NCBI GenBank assembly: GCA_048941605.1 | Contig: JBHLNL010000007.1 | Span: 1 to 54,953, forward strand | Direction of reading: 5' to 3' | Source: Promethearchaeota archaeon | GTDB lineage: Archaea > Asgardarchaeota > Lokiarchaeia > Sigyniarchaeales > SOKP01 | DNA: 54,953 nt | Shown: positions 19,254 through 28,807 of the stretch, piece by piece | How positions within the stretch are numbered: the stretch's first letter is position 1 | How the letters are laid out: the number at the start of each line of letters is the position of its first letter | Position numbers and translations under genes: made by a program | Notes under the pieces: generated by a model | What the model saw: only the letters and a program-made list of their open reading frames with translations | The model's database searches: none | What the model was told of the DNA's origin: nothing

Positions 19254-20530
19254 AATTCGACTATGGAAAGAGTGGTATTGAAATAAATTTGGATCCAAAA
19301 TGGAATACTACAATTTTTTATGCTTCAGAAAATAAATCTATTGAGCATCCAATAGCTAAAATCAAGGAATCCATTAACAATCCAATTGAGGGGCCATCTT
19401 TAAAAGAAATAATTAATAGAAAAACCAAACTAGAATCTGTATGTATTGTTTCGAGTGATGTGACTAGACCTGTACCATCGAACCTAATTCTTGAAGCAAT
19501 AGTAGAGGAGTTGAACTCATATGGAATTAATGATAATCAAATTTATGTTCTAATTGCTACTGGATTACATCGTACTTCTCGTGATGATGAGTTGGGACGT
19601 ATTTTAGGGAAAAGTCTAAAAAGTAGAATTAAAACAGTTGATCATAGATCAAATTATATGGATTCATTGGTATATATAGGCAATTCAGTTGATAATGATC
19701 CAATTTTTGTAAATAAATACTATTATTCAGCAGATTTGAAGATTTTGACTGGTTATGTCGAACCTCACTTCTTTTTTGGATTTTCAGGTGGCCGTAAATC
19801 ATTGGTACCGGGAATTGTGGGTACAGAAACTATCCAAGCGAATCATTCTGCAGAAAAAATTTTTTCTCCATATGCTCGTTTTGGATTTTACAAAGAAAAT
19901 CCATTGCACCTGCATTCACTTGAAATTTCTAAGAAAATAGGTGTTGATTTTGTTGTTAATGTTTGTATTAATAAACAACATAAAATTGTTGAAGTAGCTT
20001 CTGGGGATTTAATTAAAACTCATGAAAAATTGGTAGAATATCAGTTAAAACATATCTTCACCGAAATTAAGGAGCGTTATGAAGTGGTTGTATGCGGAAA
20101 TGGAGGATATCCTTTAGATCTTAATTTATATCAAGCAGTAAAAAGCATGGCAATTGGAGAAATGGCTGTAAAAGATGGAGGAACAATAGTCGCTGTAAAT
20201 GAATGTGCAGAAGGTATTGGAGTAGGACAAGATAATTTTAAAGAGTTATTATTCTCTGGAATGACTCCAAAAGAAATTCATAAAAAGATCTTAAATAAAG
20301 AAATTATAGTACCTGATCAATGGGAAATACAAATTTTAGCTCGAATTCTTATGAAAGCGGAGATATTTATTATTTCTGAATTGAATAAAAATGAGATTGG
20401 TAATATTGGGTTAAAGTATGCAAAAAATGTTGAGGAAGCTATTAGAATATGTTTAAAAAAATATGGACAAGAAGCGTCTATATTAATCTTACCAAATGGT
20501 CCCCAATTACTACCATTATGTAAAAAATAG
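19250..20530 (+). CDS. larA: Nickel-pincer lactate racemase family protein
   Basis: SDVTRP, ATGLHR, EPHFFFGFSGGRKS, GGYPLDLNLYQAVK, ECAEG and DQW; ATGA overlap with upstream gene. Confidence 0.9.
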   Translation: MKFDYGKSGIEINLDPKWNTTIFYASENKSIEHPIAKIKESINNPIEGPSLKEIINRKTKLESVCIVSSDVTRPVPSNLILEAIVEELNSYGINDNQIYVLIATGLHRTSRDDELGRILGKSLKSRIKTVDHRSNYMDSLVYIGNSVDNDPIFVNKYYYSADLKILTGYVEPHFFFGFSGGRKSLVPGIVGTETIQANHSAEKIFSPYARFGFYKENPLHLHSLEISKKIGVDFVVNVCINKQHKIVEVASGDLIKTHEKLVEYQLKHIFTEIKERYEVVVCGNGGYPLDLNLYQAVKSMAIGEMAVKDGGTIVAVNECAEGIGVGQDNFKELLFSGMTPKEIHKKILNKEIIVPDQWEIQILARILMKAEIFIISELNKNEIGNIGLKYAKNVEEAIRICLKKYGQEASILILPNGPQLLPLCKK

Positions 20531-20742
20531 ATTGTTTATTACTAAAATCTCTCTAACTTTTATAAATTCGTGATAAGGAAATACGTGTTAGTATCACGCA
20601 TAACAAAGAATGGTGGAAAAGATGGTAATCCTAAGTCCGGTTTAATCATTTAATTTTTAGATCCTCCGTTTTCGCTTTAAATATTTTTCTTTTTGTATAT
20701 ATTTTAATATGAAAAACTAGATTAATTTTATAGGATTAAACT

Positions 20743-20764
20743 GTGATTCCATAGTGAATCACTA
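20743..20764. promoter_or_regulatory. Overlapping inverted repeats, candidate operator
   Basis: GTGATTC-N6-GAATCAC (20743-20762) overlaps TAGTGA-A-TCACTA (20752-20764), about 105 nt before the hydrolase ATG. Confidence 0.4.
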
Positions 20765-20868
20765 GGTATTAGAATATATTATTGTTATTCATCTTTGAAA
20801 TATACATATCCCATTTTTTTTATAGATAGTATTAGGGGTTATCTCAAAGCAATAAGAGCTGTAAGGAA

Positions 20869-22599
20869 ATGAAGATCGGGAAATATTGGATAAAAATTCC
20901 AAATATTAAATTCGCCTGCTACTCCTCAGTCATTTTAAATTCGATCTGTGGTTTCTTGGGTATTTTTTATCTATTCAGTTCTTCCTACTCGAGATTATGG
21001 AGTTTTTACGGAATTATTCTATTAATTACTATTTTTGGTAATCTAATTCTTATTTTTGTTAGTTCAAGAAAAAAAAATGGAGAAAATAGATTCACAAATA
21101 AAATGAATACTTTTAGTTATACTTATCTAACTTTTATCATTCTTGCTATGGTTTGTATGATGCTTGGTAATTTACTTGTTTCTGTAACTTATTCCAATCA
21201 ATTAATTGATAATTTATTATCATATGTTTTAATAGATTTCTTCTATTTTGGAATTTTAATTATTGGAATTATTTATGCTATTTTTGGAGTTAAAACATAC
21301 AATAAAATTAACTTGGGGGTTGATACTTATACGCTCAATATAAAAATCTCAAGAAGATTTGTCAAAGCTAAAAAAGTATTTAAAAAAATAGCAATAATCA
21401 TTTCAAGGGGAACCTTTATCATTGGTATTATATTTGGAATTGTAATTTTATTTGGCTCATTTGAAATCGTAACAACTTTTATCGCAATTGTTTCTGGCCA
21501 ATTCGGCATCTTCTTTTCTATTATATTTTTCGCAAATACAATTTTACTCTTAAAATTAAAGCATCATAGATGGAATAAAAGAAAATTCTATAGAACCGCA
21601 ATGTCTGGAATTTTTGTCTCATTATTATTATTAACTCCATTATTTTTAACCCATTATACTATTAATAATATAGAAAGAAATTTCTCAAGTATTTTTGGCC
21701 CAAATTGGAGAGAGGAAATACCCGCTGAAGCAAATAATTATTTTTTAGAAACTCCTTTTTCTTTATCAAGTTATTTTCTAGGTATACCACCTAAAGATTG
21801 TAGGATTGAAAAAAATGTTTTATTTTATAATGATGAAGGAATCCAGCTATATTTTGATGCATATATGCCCAAATCTAATATTAAAGGACTTCCTGGCGCA
21901 AATTCTACTATTATTAGGATCCATGGAGGTGCTTGGGTTTCTGGTGATAAAGGTTTGATGAATATGATGCAGATGAATAAATATTTCGCTGCTCAGGGTT
22001 ATATTGTTTTTGATATTCAATATGGAATTGCTGAAAATCCATTATATGCTTTAGATCCCTTAACACCTACTTATAAAAAAGGTAGCTTTAATATAGATGA
22101 TATGATACGGCATATTGGAATTTTTACGAACTACTTAACAAATCATTCAGAAGAATATGGAGCAAATTTAGATTCTGTATTTTTCAGTGGGGGTTCGGCA
22201 GGAGGTCATCTAAGTTGTGCTGCTGCTTTAGCTATAGCAAGCGGAGATTATACAGATATATTCAGTGCTAATTTAACCATAAAAGGTTTAGTACCATTCT
22301 ATCCCGCAAATGATCTAATGAATTTTTTTGGACTTAGTGGAAGCCTTGAGTTTAAAAATCCAGAAAACTTAATTGAAAGCGATAGTCCTCCCTGCCTCAT
22401 CTTTCAAGGTACTCATGATATAATTAATTATTTCGGTATATCTAAGGAGATTCAAAATACCTATTTCTCAAAAGGAAATGGAAATTGTGCGATTTTATGG
22501 ATGCCCTTTGGAGGACATGCCTCAGATATCTATTTCACCGGTTATTATAACCAAATTTTCTTATATTACATGGAGAGATTTTTGTATCTAAATCACTAA
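20869..22599 (+). CDS. Multi-pass membrane protein with C-terminal HSL-family alpha/beta hydrolase (lipase/esterase)
   Basis: About 7 TM helices, then HGGAW, GGSAGG, QGTHD and GGH catalytic motifs. Confidence 0.85.
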   Translation: MKIGKYWIKIPNIKFACYSSVILNSICGFLGIFYLFSSSYSRLWSFYGIILLITIFGNLILIFVSSRKKNGENRFTNKMNTFSYTYLTFIILAMVCMMLGNLLVSVTYSNQLIDNLLSYVLIDFFYFGILIIGIIYAIFGVKTYNKINLGVDTYTLNIKISRRFVKAKKVFKKIAIIISRGTFIIGIIFGIVILFGSFEIVTTFIAIVSGQFGIFFSIIFFANTILLLKLKHHRWNKRKFYRTAMSGIFVSLLLLTPLFLTHYTINNIERNFSSIFGPNWREEIPAEANNYFLETPFSLSSYFLGIPPKDCRIEKNVLFYNDEGIQLYFDAYMPKSNIKGLPGANSTIIRIHGGAWVSGDKGLMNMMQMNKYFAAQGYIVFDIQYGIAENPLYALDPLTPTYKKGSFNIDDMIRHIGIFTNYLTNHSEEYGANLDSVFFSGGSAGGHLSCAAALAIASGDYTDIFSANLTIKGLVPFYPANDLMNFFGLSGSLEFKNPENLIESDSPPCLIFQGTHDIINYFGISKEIQNTYFSKGNGNCAILWMPFGGHASDIYFTGYYNQIFLYYMERFLYLNH

Positions 22600-22936
22600 T
22601 TTTGTTTTTTAACATTAAAACTGGAGAAAAAGCAATTTAGTTAAAAGTTATAATTTATAAATTATTTGGAGATTCCCACGAAATACCCATAAAACGTTTG
22701 TTCGTAGACATATCACAAATCTGTATAGTTAAATATTTATATTATGAAGTAACTTAAATAGACATAGTCAATAAAAAAATGTTATACAAAATTATAAAAA
22801 TTATAATTTAAAACACATAATAATTTATACAAAACTGATCATTACGGTCATAGAAACACACACATAACGATCAATATCAATATTGATTGAAATTTTGACA
22901 GCCGTAAATAAAAAATACAGTAAAAAGTGAACAGAA

Positions 22937-23869
22937 ATGAGCTATAGAGATAGATTACGTTCAACAAAAACAACTCCAGAAAGTGAAGTAAGCTGTAGTT
23001 CAGATGCTCAATGCTGTAGTAATCCTTGCATTGAATCCCGAGATGGGGATAATGTTTGCTTAAATTGTGGTATGATAATTGGAAGAAACTTGGTTGGAAA
23101 CGAAAGACGCGCTTATACAATTGAGGAAGTCAATAAAAGGCGCCGAACTGAACCTCGTTGGAGAGAATTTGGTCCACGTACAATGTTACCTGCCTCTAAA
23201 GTTGATTCAAAAGGAAGATTAATCAACGCAAAAGGTAAAACTCTCTTTTCGAGATTATCCAAGATTCAAAATTCACTTATCTCTTCAATTGAAAGAAATT
23301 TTTGGGAAGCTAAACCTAAGCTTAAGATGCTTACAAGTAAAATGAATATACCAGAATATATCAAGGAAACTGCATGGAAGATTTATTCTGTTGTTGCTAA
23401 GAAGAAACTTACAATGGGTAGATCAATAGATGGTTTTATTGCAGCTTCTTTATATGCTGCAATTCGAGTACATGAATTCCCACGATTACTTGAAGAAGTT
23501 TGTGAAGCTTCAATGACTCCAAGAAGAACTGTACACCGTTCTTTAGGCATGGTTGTTAAAGAAGTACTTCCTGAATTAAATTTGAAGTATAAGCCTATCA
23601 CAGCAGAGCAATTAGTTTTTAGATTCGGTAATGATTTAAGCTTACCGATGAATATTCAAAAGAATGCAGTGAATATGTTAGCAGAAGCATCCAAAAACGG
23701 ATTATTACGAACTGGTAAGGATCCAAAGGGTTTAGCCGCAAGTGTGATTTATATGGCAGCAAAAGCAGGAAACTGTCGGAAGACACAGGCAGAAGTATCT
23801 GAAGTTGCGAAAGTCACAGAGGTTACGCTACGCTCTCGATCTAAACAGATAAAAAGTAAACTTCAATAA
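22937..23869 (+). CDS. tfb: Transcription initiation factor IIB (TFB)
   Basis: VCLNCG ribbon, ERRAY B-reader, two cyclin repeats (MGRSIDGFIAASLY; GKDPKGLAASVIY; TQAEVSEVAKVTEVTLRSR). Confidence 0.95.
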   Translation: MSYRDRLRSTKTTPESEVSCSSDAQCCSNPCIESRDGDNVCLNCGMIIGRNLVGNERRAYTIEEVNKRRRTEPRWREFGPRTMLPASKVDSKGRLINAKGKTLFSRLSKIQNSLISSIERNFWEAKPKLKMLTSKMNIPEYIKETAWKIYSVVAKKKLTMGRSIDGFIAASLYAAIRVHEFPRLLEEVCEASMTPRRTVHRSLGMVVKEVLPELNLKYKPITAEQLVFRFGNDLSLPMNIQKNAVNMLAEASKNGLLRTGKDPKGLAASVIYMAAKAGNCRKTQAEVSEVAKVTEVTLRSRSKQIKSKLQ

Positions 23870-23900
23870 AAGAGTTCATAATTCCAAACAAGTTAGTAGA

Positions 23901-23928
23901 TTTTTTCTTTTTTTTCCTTTATTTTTTT
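23901..23928 (+). terminator. Oligo-T terminator after tfb
   Basis: Long T-rich run 30 nt after the stop. Confidence 0.55.
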
Positions 23929-24044
23929 AGTATCCTTTCATAAACAAGATATATTCTTGATAAAATCACCAAAAAAATCATATATAAAAGTATTTAAATA
24001 AGATAGTTTCAAGTATATAATGATAAGAAAATTGGTGAGAATTA

Positions 24045-25259
24045 ATGGATTTGATTGAGATATTTTTAACAATATTAAGTTTAATTATTGCTTACCTATT
24101 AGGTGCGATACTACCAGCTTTTTTATTCGGCAAATTAAAAGGTATTGATGTAAGAGAAGAAGGAACAAAAAATCCTGGAACTGCAAATGCTTTCCATGTA
24201 TTAGGTCTTCCTTTTGCAATTCCAACGGCTCTATATGATACTTTGAAAGGATTGTTGGCAATTCTAATAGCGTTTAGTTTAGGAGTCAATCCAATTTTCA
24301 TGCAAATCTGTGGTATAGTTGCAATAGTAGGTCATGTTTTTCCATTTTATTTAAAATTTCGTGGAGGTGAAGGCAATGCTACAGCCACTGGATTATTACT
24401 CTATTATCTTGTGAATTATTTAACAGTCAGTTTTGAAATTTTTTATACTTTAACGATTTTACTAATCCTTGTAGTTATCTTTACTTATATCTCTAGAGCA
24501 GGCTCCCTTTTACCGGCTGTATTATTTCCCCTACTTGGATATTCTGTATTTATTACTTATCCAGCCAGTATTTTCAATGTATTCTTTGTAATCGTTTTAG
24601 CACATATTGCTACTATTGGAATGTCAAAAGTAATAAGAGAGAAGAAATTAGTAATTACTGATGAAGAATTTCTAGCACGTTGGTGGAGAGTAGCAATAAG
24701 ACCAGTTTCTCTCTTATTTTTAGTATTCTATTTCATTTCAAATGTAGTAGGTATTATTTTGATAGGTATTGTATGTTTATGCTTTATTGCTCTTGATGTT
24801 TTTCGATTTCTTTCTAAACAAACTCAAGAATTATTAACAGTTAAAGTTAAAGCAATTTTTCGAAAAGGGGAAGAAAAGAAATTCTCATCAATGACGATCT
24901 TTTTGATCTCAACCTTTATAGTTGTGTTATTATTTGGTCAACTTTCTCTAGAGATAGCGATAACAGCTTTAGTTTTTCTTACATTTGGAGATATCTATAG
25001 TAAAGTATTTGGATTAGCTTATGGACGTCATAAATTATTTGAACATAAAACTGTTGAAGGAACTTTAGCATACATTGGTTGTGTAATTACATGTGGGTAT
25101 TTTATTTATACAATAACAGGTATTTCATTACCTGTTCTTATAGTAGGCGGAATCGCAGCAACTTTTTCTGAATTTTTTCCATTAGGAATGAATGACAATT
25201 TCACTGTTCCAATAATAAGCGGGGCAGCAATGTTTGTAGCAGTTTTTTTTGGCTTATAA
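24045..25259 (+). CDS. PlsY-like glycerol-3-phosphate acyltransferase domain fused to a SEC59/DGK1/VTE5-family CTP-dependent lipid kinase domain
   Basis: N-half AYLLGAI, DVREEGTKNPGTANA, DTLKG, GHVFPFYLKFRGGEG; C-half FRKGE, LTFGDIYS, KTVEGT, NDNFTVP. Confidence 0.85.
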   Translation: MDLIEIFLTILSLIIAYLLGAILPAFLFGKLKGIDVREEGTKNPGTANAFHVLGLPFAIPTALYDTLKGLLAILIAFSLGVNPIFMQICGIVAIVGHVFPFYLKFRGGEGNATATGLLLYYLVNYLTVSFEIFYTLTILLILVVIFTYISRAGSLLPAVLFPLLGYSVFITYPASIFNVFFVIVLAHIATIGMSKVIREKKLVITDEEFLARWWRVAIRPVSLLFLVFYFISNVVGIILIGIVCLCFIALDVFRFLSKQTQELLTVKVKAIFRKGEEKKFSSMTIFLISTFIVVLLFGQLSLEIAITALVFLTFGDIYSKVFGLAYGRHKLFEHKTVEGTLAYIGCVITCGYFIYTITGISLPVLIVGGIAATFSEFFPLGMNDNFTVPIISGAAMFVAVFFGL

Positions 25260-25361
25260 AAAGTTAATTTTTATTTAAAATATAACAATAAATAAATAGT
25301 AAGAATAAATAGAGAATACATAACTTAAGCGAAATCTTATAAATATATTTTATTAGGAAAT

Positions 25362-26006
25362 TTGAAATCTATAAGGATAGCTAAATTAACGATAGCAAAG
25401 TGGCCTTTATCTTGTGTAATAGGAATTTTAATAATTTTAATTAATTATATTTCAATAATAATATCGATTGCTTTAGCGCCACCACCTTTCAGTCCTTTAA
25501 AGAATTATATGAGTAGTTTAGGAAACTCAACCTATAATCCTAATGGGGCAATTATTTATAATGGTTCGGTAATAGTCTCCGGATTTTTATTTTTATTTTT
25601 TTTTATTGGCTTATTTCAGTGGTATTCTGAGAGTAAAAGGGACAAAACCATATTAATTGCTACTCAAATAATAGGGATCTTATTAGCTATAATATTTACC
25701 CTGACAGGATTTTATTCTGAGGACTTTAGACCTCAACATGTTTTCTGGTCAATTATTGCAGGGATTTTTGGTTTTTTAGCTAATGTTTGTTTAGCGTATT
25801 ATTTACTAAGACAAGAAGAATCAATTAAGACTATTTCTTATTTTGTATTTGGATTTATGGGTTTTTATATTATATTTTTATTTATATTATCTCCCCAACA
25901 TGTTCTAACTGAATGGGTGGTGAGAACAGCAGGAGACATTAACTTTATATTAATGATTTTTAATCTTAAACATATATATCAAGTAAGGAATAAATTGAAA
26001 TTATAA
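25362..26006 (+). CDS. DUF998-like membrane protein
   Basis: FSPLKNYMSSLG, GAIIYN, GFYSED..H and EW; multi-TM. Confidence 0.65.
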   Translation: MKSIRIAKLTIAKWPLSCVIGILIILINYISIIISIALAPPPFSPLKNYMSSLGNSTYNPNGAIIYNGSVIVSGFLFLFFFIGLFQWYSESKRDKTILIATQIIGILLAIIFTLTGFYSEDFRPQHVFWSIIAGIFGFLANVCLAYYLLRQEESIKTISYFVFGFMGFYIIFLFILSPQHVLTEWVVRTAGDINFILMIFNLKHIYQVRNKLKL

Positions 26007-26065
26007 ACCCACTAAAATTAGATGTGTTGAAGCAATAAAAAGTATTAAGTTGTGATCAGATTCAT

Positions 26066-26698
26066 TTAATCTGTTATACGATATAATCTAATAGACATTA
26101 TTAATACCCAGGTAATTGGAACACTAAGTCCTAATCGTTGTATGAATCCATTGACTAAAGATATATCAATGAGTAGTGAAATTGGAGAATAGATGATCAA
26201 ATAAATTCCAATTAGGACAAAAAAGAACCACCAATATTTTTTCCAGTTGTGATCTCTCCATAGTGGATACAATGAAAGAATAATCGCAGCGGGCATAGTA
26301 ACCGAAGGTAATTTTATAAGGATATTATGTCCAATACCTGTAAATGTTAAGTTTCCACATCCTGAATCGCATGGAAACATCGGAAGGCTTAAAATACAAA
26401 TACCAGAGAGAATAAATAAAATCATACTGATTTTAGTTAAAAAATGCTTTTCAACACCTAGATAAAGCCCCACTCCAAAGAAAATCAAATAAAGTCCAAA
26501 TATAATAAAACCAAAAATATTCATATAGATATTTGTTGGAGCTTCAGTACTAGCCAGTTCACTAATAAATTGACTAATTGGATTATAACCTGGATAAAGA
26601 AAACCTAAAATTGTAAAAACTATAATATTAATTACCGGTCCTAAAATTCCAAAAATAGCTGACGTTTTCTGAAGTCGATTAATATGATCTATATCCAT
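26066..26698 (-). CDS. DUF998-family membrane protein
   Basis: PGYNPISQFISELA, FPCD..GHN and GFIQRL. Confidence 0.8.
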   Translation of the reverse strand: MDIDHINRLQKTSAIFGILGPVINIIVFTILGFLYPGYNPISQFISELASTEAPTNIYMNIFGFIIFGLYLIFFGVGLYLGVEKHFLTKISMILFILSGICILSLPMFPCDSGCGNLTFTGIGHNILIKLPSVTMPAAIILSLYPLWRDHNWKKYWWFFFVLIGIYLIIYSPISLLIDISLVNGFIQRLGLSVPITWVLIMSIRLYRITD

Positions 26699-26942
26699 AT
26701 CCCCTAACCCATTGATAGAAAATAGCGGTAGAAGGAATAAAAACCTTTCTAATTCACTACATCATTAATAAAATTTATTATTTAATAAATTTTGCATAAA
26801 GCAAATTTTAAATAGAGATTATTTTGTATGTTAAAAATTCTCAAAGAATTTAAACGACTTTAATGAATTTATTTTGGTTCTTATTCTTCTTATTGATAAA
26901 AATAATGTTATATAGGAATATTTTTATCTTTTCTATATACTG

Positions 26943-27689
26943 ATGAGCTATATTGAAAAAAAGTATAGGCAAAAGATAAAAGAAACATTTGATGATCAAA
27001 AGGAATTAGAAAATGCCTTGTTAATTGAATTAAATCAAAAATCTGTGAAAAATGTAAATGAAATTGCTAATCTTTGTGCGAAATTTAACCATAATATTAA
27101 CTTGATTCTTAAAAAGTATTATCCTGAGATAAAAGAAATGAAGGATAAATTAGAAATTAAATCTATTCTAAAATTTTATTATGATTTGATTGACAAATTA
27201 ACAGATTTAGTCAGAAATATCGAAAACTATCGGAAAATCGATCCCGAATATTATAATCATTTAATTGAATTCATAGAGGATAAAGAAAGTTTAATAACTG
27301 GAAAATATCGAACTATTTGCGCTCAAGAATTAACTGCTTTTTATGATCCAACATCAAGAGAGAATTTGGAAAAGATATTGTTAGAAAAGTTAGAGATGAA
27401 AAGTCAGCAATATTTTACATTTGGCGCATTAGAAGAAGAAATCAAGAAAATTGCGAAAATAGTGGGTGCTAATTATGTATCCATAAGCACTATAAATGAA
27501 TTTTATAAAGAGGAATTTAAATTTGCTGAGTCAATTATTAATTATACTGTTTTGGAAGATAATAATCAAGATTTATTAGATAAAATTGGGGAAGAATTAA
27601 GAAGATATTTAGAATCTAAAAAATATCAAGCAATAGTAAAACCCGGAATGGTCATTACTAATGCTATTTTAATATCTGATAAGAGTTAA
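26943..27689 (+). CDS. Hypothetical soluble, mostly helical protein
   Basis: 248-aa ORF with coding-like composition; no recognised motif. Confidence 0.7.
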   Translation: MSYIEKKYRQKIKETFDDQKELENALLIELNQKSVKNVNEIANLCAKFNHNINLILKKYYPEIKEMKDKLEIKSILKFYYDLIDKLTDLVRNIENYRKIDPEYYNHLIEFIEDKESLITGKYRTICAQELTAFYDPTSRENLEKILLEKLEMKSQQYFTFGALEEEIKKIAKIVGANYVSISTINEFYKEEFKFAESIINYTVLEDNNQDLLDKIGEELRRYLESKKYQAIVKPGMVITNAILISDKS

Positions 27690-27750
27690 TCATTGAAACA
27701 ACTTATTGTAATGAAAAAACTTATTTGAAAATGTAATTTTAAAGGGATTA

Positions 27751-28752
27751 ATGAAGATTTTATATAGAATCCTAAAAGCATTAATAATTTCGTTTTTTAC
27801 CGTTTCAAGCTTTTTTTTCCTTTACTATTTCTTCTATTTTGATCAACATTATAGATGGGATGAGATTGAAATAAGCATTAATTGGATGGTTACAATTCTT
27901 TCTTTTATTATTTATTTTTATATTCTTTTTTTTTTGATTGATTATCGGGTTTTTAATGGCATGTTTTTACTTATAGTTTTTGTAGGGGCACCAGTTTGGA
28001 TTTTAATATATGTTCTAGAATTTTTAAAAATTGAATTGATTTTTTGGAATTGGCCTGCTATAAGAGATCTTGCCAGTATTTTATGTTTTTATATATTAGC
28101 TCCAGGACTATCATTAAATTTTATTAAATTCATTAAAAGCAACTCAAATCAAGATAAGAAAAGAAGAATATTTAGAAAGTATCGTATTCATGAAGGGTTT
28201 GTGGGTATTTTATTCATTATGATAGCTTTTTCTTTATGGATACTCAGACTTGTAATGATTCAAAACGAGATACTGAGAAGAGAATTAAGAATATTTTTGG
28301 CTTTAAACATGATTCCTTTAATTTTATTCTTATTCAGTGGTAGTTTCCTAACTTTTAGAGACAGAAGGGATATATTTAAGCTCAAATTTATTGAAAGAAG
28401 AAAGTTACAAGTTGAAGGCATAACCTCAACAGTTTTTAATCCAATCACTATAAATTCAATTAAATTTTTTAAATCACCAAAATATATTATTTTTCCATTA
28501 GGAATATTTTTTTTTAGCTTTGGCTTAAACATGTTTATCCATGGTACAGATTTTATAATAGCAGAATTATTCAATTTGAGCCATGAATCAATTGTTTTTC
28601 TAGGTTTTTTATTGTGTTTTATTTCTGGAGGAATGATTGGTATAGATTGGTTTCGTTTGTTTGGCAAAATTTATCCTAGTTTATACAAAGAAGTCGAGCA
28701 TAAAATTAATGAAATTAAAATGAATTTGAATCAAAAAATCAAGAAATTTTGA
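27751..28752 (+). CDS. Hypothetical multi-pass membrane protein
   Basis: About 8 hydrophobic segments; YRIHEGFVG motif. Confidence 0.7.
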   Translation: MKILYRILKALIISFFTVSSFFFLYYFFYFDQHYRWDEIEISINWMVTILSFIIYFYILFFLIDYRVFNGMFLLIVFVGAPVWILIYVLEFLKIELIFWNWPAIRDLASILCFYILAPGLSLNFIKFIKSNSNQDKKRRIFRKYRIHEGFVGILFIMIAFSLWILRLVMIQNEILRRELRIFLALNMIPLILFLFSGSFLTFRDRRDIFKLKFIERRKLQVEGITSTVFNPITINSIKFFKSPKYIIFPLGIFFFSFGLNMFIHGTDFIIAELFNLSHESIVFLGFLLCFISGGMIGIDWFRLFGKIYPSLYKEVEHKINEIKMNLNQKIKKF

Positions 28753-28807
28753 ATTTTTTCACTAAAAAAATATATAATTTTTGAAATATTATAATTGATG
28801 ATTTTCT

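Noticed and set aside
26770-26793. 11-bp inverted repeat AAAATTTATTA-TT-TAATAAATTTT
   Set aside because: All A/T, so likely by chance; no second copy seen
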